A stretch of DNA of 64,000 nt from Microgenomates group bacterium (lineage in GTDB: Bacteria > Patescibacteriota > Microgenomatia > UBA1400 > MFAQ01). The DNA is taken from NCBI GenBank assembly GCA_049303575.1, contig JBAQNH010000002.1, forward strand, positions 508,541 to 572,540, in the 5' to 3' direction. How positions within the stretch are numbered: the stretch's first letter is position 1; each line of letters starts with the position of its first letter. The notes under the pieces were generated by a model. That model saw nothing but the letters and a program-made list of their open reading frames with translations, was not told the origin of the DNA and ran no database searches. Positions 9,700 through 19,536 of this stretch are shown here, one piece after another. The position numbers and the translations under genes are program-made.

Positions 9700-10991
9700 A
9701 AAAAAGTCTCATTAAAAACACCGGCTTCAATCTCGCCAGCTACATTTATCTACTGGTAGCAAGTTTCTTTTCCATCTCTGTTCTCCTCGGCAATCTTGGT
9801 CGTGACCTCTTTGGTATCTATCTTTTTCTCGGTGCCCTTATTCCCCTTGTCGCCGTTTTTGATTTTGGCATTTCCACCGCAGTTGTCCGCCGACTTTCGC
9901 TCACCGGGCTTTCCAAGGAAGATAGAGTATCCACCTGGAAAACATCTTTTAGCCTTTTCCTTTGGATTGGAGCTGCCTTATCCTTGATTGTTTTGGGTAT
10001 TCTCATTTATCTCACACGTACCCTTCCCATGTTTGCCAACTTTGATATTGTCACCCTCAACTGGATTATTCTCATCCTCACCATCACCGTTTTTGTAAAT
10101 CACATCAACTCTCAACTACTCAGTCTTCCTCAAGCCGAACAACGTTTTGATATCTTTAATTCCAAAACCCTTCTTGTTGGTTCCGCTAATACCATTCTCT
10201 CTGCAATTCTCTCGTCCTTTTATCCCAACATCGCCTTAATTTTTCTTCTTCAGCTAATATTTCACATTCTCACCCTCGTCTATATGACGATTTATTGTTC
10301 TAAAATTTTTCCTGGTAAAAGCTTTCTTCCTGGCTATGAAAAACAAGAAGGGAAAAGCCTCATTGGTTTTGGACTTAAAAATTTCGTTGGTACACTAGCT
10401 AGTCAAGTTGAAGCTCAGTTTTCCAAATATGCTTTGGGTATCATGGTTTCGGCTCAGGCCGTCACGACTTACAGTATCCCTCAAAACATCGTTGCAAAAG
10501 GAGCCGGAGTCGTCTCACAAGTGGCACAAGCTTTCTTTCCTCTCGGTACCTCGCTTCTCGAAAAAGATCGTGTTCGAAAACTTGGCCGAACTGTCATGGC
10601 CATTCAATTCTTTGTCCTAATTGGAGGAATTCTGGCCATCTATTTATCCTTTGCTATCGGCAAAGATTTTCTTACCTGGTGGCTCAAAGATGCCATTGTT
10701 GTGGAAGCCGCCTTTCCGGTCTTGAAAATTCTTAGTTTTCATTTTGTCCTCAACGCCTTAACTCCCATTCCGTCGGTTCTTCTTCAAAGCTTAAATAAAC
10801 CCCAGATTCCTTCTCTCTTTGCTGTTGTAACTGTTGTGACCGAAATTATCTTTATGTTTATTCTTGTTCCGGTCTACCAAGTTCAAGGGGCAGCCTTAGC
10901 AACCTTAATCGGTTCTTGCGTCACCGTTCCCGCCTTCCTTATTCTCACCTGGACACTTTTTCAAAAAGAAATAGTTCGTCTCAGGGCTTAG
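9690..10991 (+). CDS. Polysaccharide flippase (Wzx/MOP superfamily) membrane protein
   Basis: ~12 predicted TM helices, 433 aa, embedded in glycan locus. Confidence 0.6.
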   Translation: MSIKKSLIKNTGFNLASYIYLLVASFFSISVLLGNLGRDLFGIYLFLGALIPLVAVFDFGISTAVVRRLSLTGLSKEDRVSTWKTSFSLFLWIGAALSLIVLGILIYLTRTLPMFANFDIVTLNWIILILTITVFVNHINSQLLSLPQAEQRFDIFNSKTLLVGSANTILSAILSSFYPNIALIFLLQLIFHILTLVYMTIYCSKIFPGKSFLPGYEKQEGKSLIGFGLKNFVGTLASQVEAQFSKYALGIMVSAQAVTTYSIPQNIVAKGAGVVSQVAQAFFPLGTSLLEKDRVRKLGRTVMAIQFFVLIGGILAIYLSFAIGKDFLTWWLKDAIVVEAAFPVLKILSFHFVLNALTPIPSVLLQSLNKPQIPSLFAVVTVVTEIIFMFILVPVYQVQGAALATLIGSCVTVPAFLILTWTLFQKEIVRLRA

Positions 10992-11778
10992 TTCCAATAG
11001 CCCAGATATCATAAGCAAACCAGCGCTTCAAAAACCAGAACTGCGGTTGGATAAAAATAAATCTAATTTTGTCCCTGATTCTCTTAAATCTGAAACTTGA
11101 GTCATACCAAACACGAACCGCAAAATTATTCTTTTCAAAAAATTTCTTCACGTCGCTCAAACTACACTCATTGATATGCGACAGACTGTCAAAAGGATCC
11201 CTTGGATTTTTTGTATCCACAAGATGGTCTTTAAATATATATTTCCATACCGTCGCGTTGGCCAAAATACTCACCCAGCGTGTGTAGTATCTATATCCAA
11301 TATCATAATACTCACGATTTGGAGCAGTGTGCATAACCACCTTCCCTCCAATTTTTAAAACTCTCATAAACTCCGCCAAAACAGCATTCACTTCTTTGGG
11401 ATAAAGATGTTCGATTACGTCAATAAAAAATATTAAATCTACCGAGTTATCCGGAAGGTCAATTTTAGGAGAATCAATCAATTGAAATTTTAATTTACCC
11501 CTTACCTTTTTTGGAAGTTTTCGGCAAAGCTTTATTGATGATTTTGAGTAGTCAACGCCCAACACATCTGCACCTTTCATGGCGGAGTGATATGCCATCT
11601 CGCCTCGTCCACAACCAAAGTCCAAGACTCTCATCCCCTTCCTTACCTTGACCTGATTAAAAGCCTTATCCAACCTATCTGGCAGAAATTTCCCATGCGT
11701 TTTGTTCCAATCCTCATGCCCCTCGCAAGAGGCCTCATAATAATTATCTGTATAGATGGAAGGATCAACGTGTTTCAT
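10981..11778 (-). CDS. Class I SAM-dependent methyltransferase
   Basis: Motif I VLDFGCGRGEMAYH; post-I acidic DY; inside glycan locus on opposite strand. Confidence 0.7.
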   Translation of the reverse strand: MKHVDPSIYTDNYYEASCEGHEDWNKTHGKFLPDRLDKAFNQVKVRKGMRVLDFGCGRGEMAYHSAMKGADVLGVDYSKSSIKLCRKLPKKVRGKLKFQLIDSPKIDLPDNSVDLIFFIDVIEHLYPKEVNAVLAEFMRVLKIGGKVVMHTAPNREYYDIGYRYYTRWVSILANATVWKYIFKDHLVDTKNPRDPFDSLSHINECSLSDVKKFFEKNNFAVRVWYDSSFRFKRIRDKIRFIFIQPQFWFLKRWFAYDIWAIGTKP

Positions 11779-11803
11779 CAGACAATAATACTATAATAGG
11801 CCT

Positions 11804-12925
11804 ATGAAAATTGCGGTATATTACGATGGAGTATTGGGTGGCGGTTCTCGGGCGATAGAAGAGATTCTCAAGATACTCAGCACCCGTCATCATATTGAGA
11901 TTTTTAATGGTCCAAAACCATTTACGTTACCACCCTTCTTCCAGAGAATTTTTGTAGATTTTGAATCCTTAGTTTCACAGTACTTCAAACAAAAAACGCT
12001 AGCCAAAAAAATCGACTCCCAAAAATTTGACCTAGTCTTTGTCTCTCATGACTTTCATCCTCATGCGCCTTGGATTCTTCGTTTTCTAAAAACTCCATCG
12101 GTATTCTTATGTCAGGAACCGACGCGAGCTTTTTATGAAAAGTATCTTGGAATCGAATCAGCCCTTCCATTACTCAATAAAATTTACGAAAATGTTAACC
12201 GGTTTTTAAGAAGAAGGATTGAAGAAAGTAATGTGCGTTTTGCCAACAAAGTTGTCACTAGTTCCTACTGCTCAGCCGAGTCAATTTTTCGAGCATATGG
12301 AGTATCTTCTGCTGTTGCATATCCGGGAATCGATCCACTGGTTTACCGTCAAATAAAAAACAAAAAAAAGAAGCAAATATTGATTGTTGGTAATCATGAT
12401 CTCCAAAAAGATCTACCCTTTGCTATTAAGGCGGTTTCATTAATCGACAAAAAAATTAGACCAAGATTAATAATCGTTTCTCCACGAAAAGCCAACGTCT
12501 CCGATTTGAAAAAACTAGCCAAACTGAAACATGTGGATGTAACATTTTTTGTCGGGCTTGATAAGAACGAGATGTGCAAACTCTACAATCAGTCTTTGTT
12601 AACGATTGCCACGGCCCACCTCGAAGCATTTGGTCTTTCTATTATTGAGTCCTTGGCCTGCGGCACCCCCGTTGTTGCTATTAAAGAGGCAGGATTTAGA
12701 GAAACGATTGTTGATTGCAAAACAGGATTGTTAGTAGATAGAAACAATCAACAGATGGCCAATGCAATAGAGGAATTGCTTAAAGATAAAAAGAAACGGG
12801 AAGATATGGGTAAGAGGGGAATCAAAGATGTGAACACTCGTTATACCTGGGATAATACAGTTGAGAAGTTGGAAAAGATTTTTTATGAAACCAAAAAGGA
12901 CAAAAGTAGCCGTCGTCACTGTTAA
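11804..12925 (+). CDS. Glycosyltransferase family 1 (GT4)
   Basis: EAFGLSIIESLACGTPVVAIKEAGFRETIVDCKTGLLV. Confidence 0.8.
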   Translation: MKIAVYYDGVLGGGSRAIEEILKILSTRHHIEIFNGPKPFTLPPFFQRIFVDFESLVSQYFKQKTLAKKIDSQKFDLVFVSHDFHPHAPWILRFLKTPSVFLCQEPTRAFYEKYLGIESALPLLNKIYENVNRFLRRRIEESNVRFANKVVTSSYCSAESIFRAYGVSSAVAYPGIDPLVYRQIKNKKKKQILIVGNHDLQKDLPFAIKAVSLIDKKIRPRLIIVSPRKANVSDLKKLAKLKHVDVTFFVGLDKNEMCKLYNQSLLTIATAHLEAFGLSIIESLACGTPVVAIKEAGFRETIVDCKTGLLVDRNNQQMANAIEELLKDKKKREDMGKRGIKDVNTRYTWDNTVEKLEKIFYETKKDKSSRRHC

Positions 12926-13670
12926 TTTCAACAACAGTCGTATTACAGAAGACTGCATTTACTCTTTTGCTGGTATCTCCAAAAAAAATATTGATTTGGA
13001 TTTGATTGTTGTCGACAATGGTTCAGTTGAAGAAGGCTCCAGAAAATTGGAAAAAAAACTCCCCAACGTTAAATTCATTTATTCAAAAACAAACCTTGGT
13101 TTCGCCGGAGGCAATAATCTCGGGATAGAGTATGCTCTAAAAACCGGAGCAACTCATATTTTGCTCATAAATAATGATGCAACAATCGTCGAAAAGAACT
13201 TTCTTTCTGAAATGATGAAAGCCAAAGGGGATATTGTTTCACCCCTAGTCAAATACCCAAACAATGGCAAATTGACCTTTGATTACGGTGGGTTGGTAGA
13301 CAAACTCTTTGGCCGAAACACCCATCTTCATTCTTTGCCGAAAAATATCCCCGACTATTTCTCCGGTGTCTGTTTGCTAATTAAATCCAAAGTATTCAAG
13401 AAAGTTGGCCTACTGAATGACCGCTTTTTTCTCTACTACGAAGATGCTGATTTCTGCCTTCGCGCCAAAAAAGCGGGATTCAAACTCGGTTTTTGTGAAA
13501 GTTCAAGCATCTTCCACCATCTTTCTACCAGTGCCAATAAATTTGGTAAAAGAAAGATCTATATTCTTGCCAACAGTCATCTATGGTTTTGTCTTAAACA
13601 CCTTCCATTTTATTCAATGCCTTTTTATCTCTCCTACAATCTATACCTCAGACTAAAAACACTTTTATAA
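12885..13670 (+). CDS. Glycosyltransferase family 2
   Basis: VAVVTVNFNN...LIVVDNGSVEEG, GGNNLGIEYA, LINNDA (DxD region); start moved to Met 12885 to limit overlap. Confidence 0.7.
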   Translation: MKPKRTKVAVVTVNFNNSRITEDCIYSFAGISKKNIDLDLIVVDNGSVEEGSRKLEKKLPNVKFIYSKTNLGFAGGNNLGIEYALKTGATHILLINNDATIVEKNFLSEMMKAKGDIVSPLVKYPNNGKLTFDYGGLVDKLFGRNTHLHSLPKNIPDYFSGVCLLIKSKVFKKVGLLNDRFFLYYEDADFCLRAKKAGFKLGFCESSSIFHHLSTSANKFGKRKIYILANSHLWFCLKHLPFYSMPFYLSYNLYLRLKTLL

Positions 13671-13679
13671 TATAAAAAC

Positions 13680-14819
13680 ATGGAATCAGAATCTTCTGTT
13701 CGTTTCACCAAACTAGACGGCCTTCGCGGACTGCTTTCTTTGGTTGTGGCACTGAACCATTCCTTTTTGGTGGTTGTCATTCCCACATTTGCCAACGTAT
13801 GGCAGCAAAACCCCTTCATTTTCAACGGACTTCAAAGCAAACTTCAACAGTTATTTATGTTCCTCGGCAATGGGGGAGCGGCCGTAACCCTTTTCTTTCT
13901 TCTTTCGGGCTTGGTTCTCAGCCAGTCTTTCTCCAGAATAAAAATGAATTTTCGAGGACTGACTAGTTTCATGGTCAAAAGAATAATTCGTCTTTACCCC
14001 GTTTACTTATTTGTTGTCGCCATAACTGCCATCTATATGAAATTTGGTTTTATCTACCAAACATTTCCTTATTCATCTTCTTGGTTTAACTGGTGGATGA
14101 ACTTCCAGATGACTCTAAAGGAACTATTCCTCAACATCTTCTTCATTCATGCTTACATCGGCGGCGTCACCTGGACATTGAGAGTCATTCTCATCGCCTC
14201 CTTTATTTTTCCAGCCTTTTACCTCATCAACAAAAAAACTTCCTGGTGGTTGGATATTTTGATCAGCATTCTCTTGGTTTATTTTAGTTTTACTTTATTT
14301 AACATCGAAGGCTTCAGAGATCTTCGCTATCTTTATATGTTCTATCTCGGTTTAATGATCCCCAAATTTAAGACTCTGTTCTCTATGTTTTCCAATCGAT
14401 TCGTTTCCATTGCTCTTCCGTTCAGTCTCATACTCTTACTCGGTTTTCGTTATTTAACCAACGAATATCAAGGGGGGGTTGTCGAAAGTGTTGTTTCCTT
14501 CTTTCTAATTGGTCTTGCCGCTTATGGAGACAAAGTATCTGTTCTGAATTTTTTAAATGGAAAGTTTTTCCAATTCTTTGGCAAAATTTCCTACAGTCTA
14601 TATTTAATCCATTTTTCCGTGTTATATATTCTTTCAAGAATTATGTTCCAGAACTTACCCAATCTTCCTTACGCCAATCAATACTTACTTATTCATATCA
14701 TTCTCTTCTTGGTGTCAGTTATTATTGCCACAGGAGTTTCCTTTCTCGTTTATAAATATATTGAGTTGCCATCACATTCATGGTCTACCAGTATCGGTAA
14801 AAAAATCTCTCAAGAATGA
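13680..14819 (+). CDS. Acyltransferase family 3 (OatA-like O-acyltransferase) membrane protein
   Basis: RFTKLDGLRGLLSLVVALNHS N-terminal signature, ~10 TM. Confidence 0.7.
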   Translation: MESESSVRFTKLDGLRGLLSLVVALNHSFLVVVIPTFANVWQQNPFIFNGLQSKLQQLFMFLGNGGAAVTLFFLLSGLVLSQSFSRIKMNFRGLTSFMVKRIIRLYPVYLFVVAITAIYMKFGFIYQTFPYSSSWFNWWMNFQMTLKELFLNIFFIHAYIGGVTWTLRVILIASFIFPAFYLINKKTSWWLDILISILLVYFSFTLFNIEGFRDLRYLYMFYLGLMIPKFKTLFSMFSNRFVSIALPFSLILLLGFRYLTNEYQGGVVESVVSFFLIGLAAYGDKVSVLNFLNGKFFQFFGKISYSLYLIHFSVLYILSRIMFQNLPNLPYANQYLLIHIILFLVSVIIATGVSFLVYKYIELPSHSWSTSIGKKISQE

Positions 14820-15541
14820 AAATAACTGTAGCAATCATTTCAAAATCCGAAAAAATAAACAAATTAGTTCTCGACTCGGTCAATTTTGCTTCCGAAATAA
14901 TCATTGTGGTCGACTCACCCGCCAAGAAACCAAAAACCACGGGTAATATTCTTTTTTATTATCGCCCTTTAAAAAACAACTTTGCCTCCCAGAGAAACTT
15001 CGCCTTAAAAATGGCTAAAAACGAATGGGTCCTCTTTGTTGATGACGACGAATATGTTGGAACAGAGTTGGCAAGAGAAATTCAGAGTATTGACTCAAAA
15101 GCAAAATACTCTGGTTTTATGATCAAAAGAATTGACATTTGTTTTCATCAACCATTTTTATATGGCGAAACAGGCAATACCAGTCTTCTTCGTCTTGCTA
15201 AGAAGAACTCCGGAAAATTCAGCAGACCGGTCCATGAGAGCTGGAAGATTAAAGGTGGAGTGGGGAAATTATCTTCACCTCTTTATCACCTCAAAGATAA
15301 TTTCATTAGTGAGTTTATCGATCGCATGGCCCACTACTCCAACATTGACTCTGTCATTTTGTCAAAGGAGAATAAGACCTTTTCATTTTGGAGACTAATT
15401 CTAAATCCCTTGGGAAAATTTATTCAAAATTATTTTTACAAACTGGGATTTCTTGATGGTACTATTGGTTTATTCTTGGCCTATCTTATGAGTGTGCAGT
15501 CATTAACTGTCCGTGTATTTCAATGGACAAAAAGAAATTAA
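14816..15541 (+). CDS. Glycosyltransferase family 2 (LPS-core type)
   Basis: ITVAIISKSE...EIIIVVDSP, WVLFVDDDEYV. Confidence 0.6.
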   Translation: MKITVAIISKSEKINKLVLDSVNFASEIIIVVDSPAKKPKTTGNILFYYRPLKNNFASQRNFALKMAKNEWVLFVDDDEYVGTELAREIQSIDSKAKYSGFMIKRIDICFHQPFLYGETGNTSLLRLAKKNSGKFSRPVHESWKIKGGVGKLSSPLYHLKDNFISEFIDRMAHYSNIDSVILSKENKTFSFWRLILNPLGKFIQNYFYKLGFLDGTIGLFLAYLMSVQSLTVRVFQWTKRN

Positions 15542-16851
15542 TACTTCTAGTTTGGATACCGATAATCCTTCTTGGAATTTTAAATTTACTTACGGTATTT
15601 ACCCCGGAGATGGGCTTCGACGCCTTGTGGTACCATCTCACTCTTCCTAAACTTTGGTTAATGAAACGCCAGTGGTTCTTTGATGGTGGGCTTTTATATT
15701 ACTCGGTGATGCCTCGATTCACCGAAACAATTTTCATTCCTTTGATAAAACTCACCGGTTACATCGGCCCAAAACTTGTTCAGTATCTGTCCGGTATTGG
15801 TGTCGGTTTTCTAATTTGGAAAATTTCGACAAAACTGAAATTCTCAACTCTTCTAAAGTCCGTCGCCATTTCTCTTTTTTACGGCACCTGGTTGGTTAGT
15901 TGGCAGTCCGGCAGTGCTTACATTGACTTATTTAGAACTTTTCTTGAAACAGTAGCCCTTTATTTTTTTGTCTCCGGTTCGTGGAAAAAGGGAGGTATTT
16001 TCCTAGGATTAGCTGTCGGTACCAAATGGCTCTCTCTTGGATCTGTTGCTATTTACGCTGTTACTTTTGGCCTCCCACTTATCCTTCCCGCCCTACTTCT
16101 TTCGCTCCCTTGGTTTATTGTCGCCTTCAAATTCACCGGAAATCCTATCTACCCTCTTTTTAGTCCGCTTCTTCATCAGTCCTTTTCATCAATAGGAGTA
16201 ATTATCAAAAACATTTTTCTTCTTCCAATTACAGTTACTCTTCCATTTGACGATTTTCTCTCGCCCCTGATTGGCTTTCTCGTTGTGTTATCGACAATTT
16301 CACTTTTTAGCCACCGTAAATTGATCAAGAAAGTTGCCATAATTGGTCTTTTGGGTTCTGTTTTTAGTGTTGTCCTTAACCCTCCCTCCAGCCGTTTCCT
16401 TTTGCCATATCTTCCGGCACTAATAATATCTTCGGTTTATATCATTAGCCTGTTAAAAGACTCTCTTAGAAATTTATTTATCTATCTCGTGATAATTTCC
16501 TCTCTGATTATTTTGTCCTTGAGAATCATTGCTGTCAAAAAATACACACCATTTCTACTTGGTAGAGAAACACAAAATATTTTTCTTACCAAATATGCAG
16601 CTCGTCTCCCCGGGACATTTATCGACACGGATGGTTACATCGAAAACAATCTTGACGAAGACAGTAAAATACTCATAGATAGACTTCACAATTTATATTA
16701 TTTTCCTTTCAACTACGACCACACTTCGTGGGCAAAATTATCAGACGATTATGACTATCTAATTACAATCGACACTAACCCTTTGGAAATAAAAGCAGAA
16801 TTACTCCATACTAACGATATAGGAATTCAAATCTACAAAATCTCAAAATGA
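15523..16851 (+). CDS. Polytopic membrane protein, possible GT-C fold glycosyltransferase
   Basis: Many TM helices, first-loop acidic motif EMGFDALWYH; no closer match recognised. Confidence 0.35.
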   Translation: MDKKKLILLVWIPIILLGILNLLTVFTPEMGFDALWYHLTLPKLWLMKRQWFFDGGLLYYSVMPRFTETIFIPLIKLTGYIGPKLVQYLSGIGVGFLIWKISTKLKFSTLLKSVAISLFYGTWLVSWQSGSAYIDLFRTFLETVALYFFVSGSWKKGGIFLGLAVGTKWLSLGSVAIYAVTFGLPLILPALLLSLPWFIVAFKFTGNPIYPLFSPLLHQSFSSIGVIIKNIFLLPITVTLPFDDFLSPLIGFLVVLSTISLFSHRKLIKKVAIIGLLGSVFSVVLNPPSSRFLLPYLPALIISSVYIISLLKDSLRNLFIYLVIISSLIILSLRIIAVKKYTPFLLGRETQNIFLTKYAARLPGTFIDTDGYIENNLDEDSKILIDRLHNLYYFPFNYDHTSWAKLSDDYDYLITIDTNPLEIKAELLHTNDIGIQIYKISK

Positions 16852-17933
16852 TCTATTATTTATTACTCCTTACACTTTACGTTTGGCCTTTTGGGCAACT
16901 ACTTTCATTTTCGGTAACCCAATTTCCTCTTACCGTATATTTTCTTGACTTAGTGGTATTTCTGGTCTTTTTGTCTCTGGTAGTTTCCAAAAAAAGAAGG
17001 GAAATATTTTCCAGCTCTATTACCAAGCCGCTTCTTATCTTTTTATCTGTAGCTGCAATTTCACTGCTTTTTAATCTAAAGCAGGGGATATCTGTCGGAC
17101 TTCCTCTGTCCTTCTTTTATCTGCTAAGACTAATTATTTATCCGTCATTATTTTTTGCTGCACGACACATTGGTTTTAATAAACTCAAAAAACCTCTCTT
17201 AATATCTCTAGGTATATTTTCTTTTCTTAGTCTATTTCAATATCTAATCTTTCCGGATATGCGTTATTTAAAAAACCTTGGATTCGACGATCACTATTTT
17301 CGACTGATTGGTACTTTTTATGACCCCAACTTTACCGGTGCCGTTTTCGCCGGCGTCGCTTTATACTTCATCGCCAAAAATAAACTCTTATTTTCCATTC
17401 CCTTTATTGGTTTACTCGCAATCACCTTCTCCAGGGCTTCATACCTGGTCTTTGCTATTAGTTTAATTTATCTCTTAATTACCAACAAGAAAATCAAACT
17501 ATTATTACTTCTGATCTTTTTGGGTATCGTCATCTATCTTCTTCCTAAGCCATTTGGTGAAGGAGTTAATCTTCTCAGAACCTTCTCCATCTTTTCCAGA
17601 TTTGAGAGCTGGAATAGGGGACTGGTTTTATTTTTTGAAAGACCAATCCTGGGGTGGGGTTACAATAACCTAAGAGGAATCGAAAACTCTCGTTTCCAAA
17701 CAGATAGTAGTTTCATCTTTTTACTCGCCACCACCGGTATCGCAGGCTTCTTATTTTTCATCAATCTCCTTAAAAAGCTTTATCAAACTACCGTCGATAA
17801 TGGAATTAAAATTCTGGCCTTTTCAATTCTTCTTCACAGTCTCTTCAACAACTCCCTCTTCTTCATCTGGATCACAGCTCTTTTCTGGTTCACTCTAGGA
17901 ATCGGACAGACAAAAACTAAGGTGTATAAATAA
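16848..17933 (+). CDS. O-antigen ligase/polymerase (Wzy_C)-like membrane protein
   Basis: ~10 TM with large loop; ERPILGWGYNNL resembles Wzy_C/WaaL loop motif. Confidence 0.5.
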   Translation: MIYYLLLLTLYVWPFGQLLSFSVTQFPLTVYFLDLVVFLVFLSLVVSKKRREIFSSSITKPLLIFLSVAAISLLFNLKQGISVGLPLSFFYLLRLIIYPSLFFAARHIGFNKLKKPLLISLGIFSFLSLFQYLIFPDMRYLKNLGFDDHYFRLIGTFYDPNFTGAVFAGVALYFIAKNKLLFSIPFIGLLAITFSRASYLVFAISLIYLLITNKKIKLLLLLIFLGIVIYLLPKPFGEGVNLLRTFSIFSRFESWNRGLVLFFERPILGWGYNNLRGIENSRFQTDSSFIFLLATTGIAGFLFFINLLKKLYQTTVDNGIKILAFSILLHSLFNNSLFFIWITALFWFTLGIGQTKTKVYK

Positions 17934-18606
17934 GTCGAAGTGTTTTTTCTGCCTTGTTTCCCGCTATATCCGAAGCCTCGATTTTTATGATATTTTCACC
18001 ACCCGTCAGCATAAAGCGATGGATAAATACTCCATTTCGACCAATCAGAACAAAAGAACCATTAATTAAAACCTGGCTACCTGCTTTATCCACCTCACCT
18101 TTGATATCGATTACTTGATTAATTTTTCCAAAATACTCACTCCCATCTTTGGGCGAGGAAACAACCAACTCAATCGGTTTATTGTCATAAGTTATCAAGG
18201 TCACCACAGACATACTCTCATTGCCCTTTTCATCTTTGGCTCGAAGTTGAATTCTATTCTGGCCGGAAATTAATGAAGTTTCAAACACAAAAGTACCCGT
18301 TGTGTCCGCTTTAACAATTTTATCCACCTGATCGTTTAACAGAAGTTCGACACTGGCTCCGGCCTCGGTAAAGCCCTCAACCATTAGTCTGGCACTATTG
18401 GTTGCATCCGGAAGAGCGGAAATAATAGGAGACTGTGGTGGAATAATATCATTATCCGTGTTTATTCTCTGAACACCGTTTCCGGCAACTAAGTTCATAA
18501 ACAAAGGTAGTCCCCATTTAAACATCACGAACACAAAGACCACAGAGAGAAAAATATAAAATCTTGACCGGTTCTTTTTTTGAGACTGCTTGTATCTTCC
18601 TGACAT
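17917..18606 (-). CDS. Membrane-anchored protein with bacterial Ig-like (Big) beta domains
   Basis: N-terminal TM FYIFLSVVFVFVMF then beta-rich repeats; start moved to Met 18606 because longer ORF runs antisense through tRNA-Gly. Confidence 0.45.
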   Translation of the reverse strand: MSGRYKQSQKKNRSRFYIFLSVVFVFVMFKWGLPLFMNLVAGNGVQRINTDNDIIPPQSPIISALPDATNSARLMVEGFTEAGASVELLLNDQVDKIVKADTTGTFVFETSLISGQNRIQLRAKDEKGNESMSVVTLITYDNKPIELVVSSPKDGSEYFGKINQVIDIKGEVDKAGSQVLINGSFVLIGRNGVFIHRFMLTGGENIIKIEASDIAGNKAEKTLRLIYTP

Positions 18607-18640
18607 ATTAATGTTTAGTATAATCCATCCTAGTACATAT

Positions 18641-18711
18641 GCGGGATTAGTACATCGGTAGTACGTATCCTTCCCAAGGATAAGAGGCCGGTCCGATTCC
18701 GGTATCCCGCT
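18641..18711 (+). tRNA. tRNA-Gly (anticodon CCC)
   Basis: Manual fold: GCGGGAT/ATCCCGC acceptor, GTAC/GTAC D-stem, TATCC/GGATA anticodon stem, loop TTCCCAA, TCCGATT T-loop, discriminator T. Confidence 0.8.
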
Positions 18712-18760
18712 CATAACTGGACTTGAATTTAAAAAACAATAGATTTTCCAATAAATAAAG

Positions 18761-19381
18761 TTAGTCGGCCACAAGATCTTCAAAACGACTATAGAAGTCC
18801 AGGACAATAGCTTTCAGGTGCTCATTTCCTCTCATCATCTTCGTAAGTCTTATTATCTCCTCAGTCATCTCCCTCGATTTACTTGCACCTAATACAAAGT
18901 TACGAATATTTTGATCACTGGGTTTAGTTCTGAAATACGTTCGCAAAAACCCGTGCCATTTTTCTATATCAACAGTTTTTATTCCAAAAGATAATTCTTC
19001 GCTTTTAACTTCTCCAAAATAAGACGCTATTTCATCCCAGTTACTACGCTCTTCATATAGAATCTCATCTTCAAAGAACTTTAACGCTTGAGTAATAAAT
19101 GGAGATTCGGGAAGTAAAGAGTAAACATTCTGTGATCTCATAAAATTTTCCCTCACCTTATCAACGAGTGAATGGAATTTCAATCCCGCTTCAAACGGAA
19201 GTAAGGAAATAATAGAATAAATATCCAAATCACTAAAATGTGTTTTTTCACGATCAATGACCCCAAGATATCGAATATCAGGGAAACTGGTTCCTACGTA
19301 AAAATCTGATTTAGTTTTATCCCGAAAATATTTCTCAAAAACTTTATCCGCTAAAATAATGTGTGTTGCTAGTGCTGCCAT
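18761..19381 (-). CDS. Hypothetical protein (206 aa) lying between tRNA-Gly and its displaced 3' copy
   Basis: Intact ORF, no recognisable motifs (HIILADKV...FPDIRYLG). Confidence 0.4.
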   Translation of the reverse strand: MAALATHIILADKVFEKYFRDKTKSDFYVGTSFPDIRYLGVIDREKTHFSDLDIYSIISLLPFEAGLKFHSLVDKVRENFMRSQNVYSLLPESPFITQALKFFEDEILYEERSNWDEIASYFGEVKSEELSFGIKTVDIEKWHGFLRTYFRTKPSDQNIRNFVLGASKSREMTEEIIRLTKMMRGNEHLKAIVLDFYSRFEDLVAD

Positions 19382-19484
19382 AAAATTAATTTCGGTATCT
19401 GAAGTATATCAAAATTTCTTAAAGCCTTTGGTCCCTAGATGGTCTTTCAAAGATGCAGAAGTTATAAGTCGATATTGGCTCGAG

Positions 19485-19504
19485 CCGATTCCGGTATCCC
19501 GCTC
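19485..19504 (+). repeat. Direct repeat: 20-nt copy of tRNA-Gly 3' end (CCGATTCCGGTATCCCGCTC), partner at 18693-18712
   Basis: Exact 20/20 identity read directly in sequence. Confidence 0.7.
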
Positions 19505-19536
19505 CCAAGTAGATTAAAATTTGTTAAACTAAATGA

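Noticed and set aside
18607-18807. 5' extension of the Big-domain protein ORF
   Set aside because: It runs antisense across tRNA-Gly. The internal Met at 18606 precedes the TM helix.
18713-19484. Integrase/recombinase or transposase inside the tRNA-Gly-bounded segment
   Set aside because: The only ORF is 206 aa and has no tyrosine/serine-recombinase or DDE motifs. The segment is reported as a scar/minimal island, not as an active mobile element.
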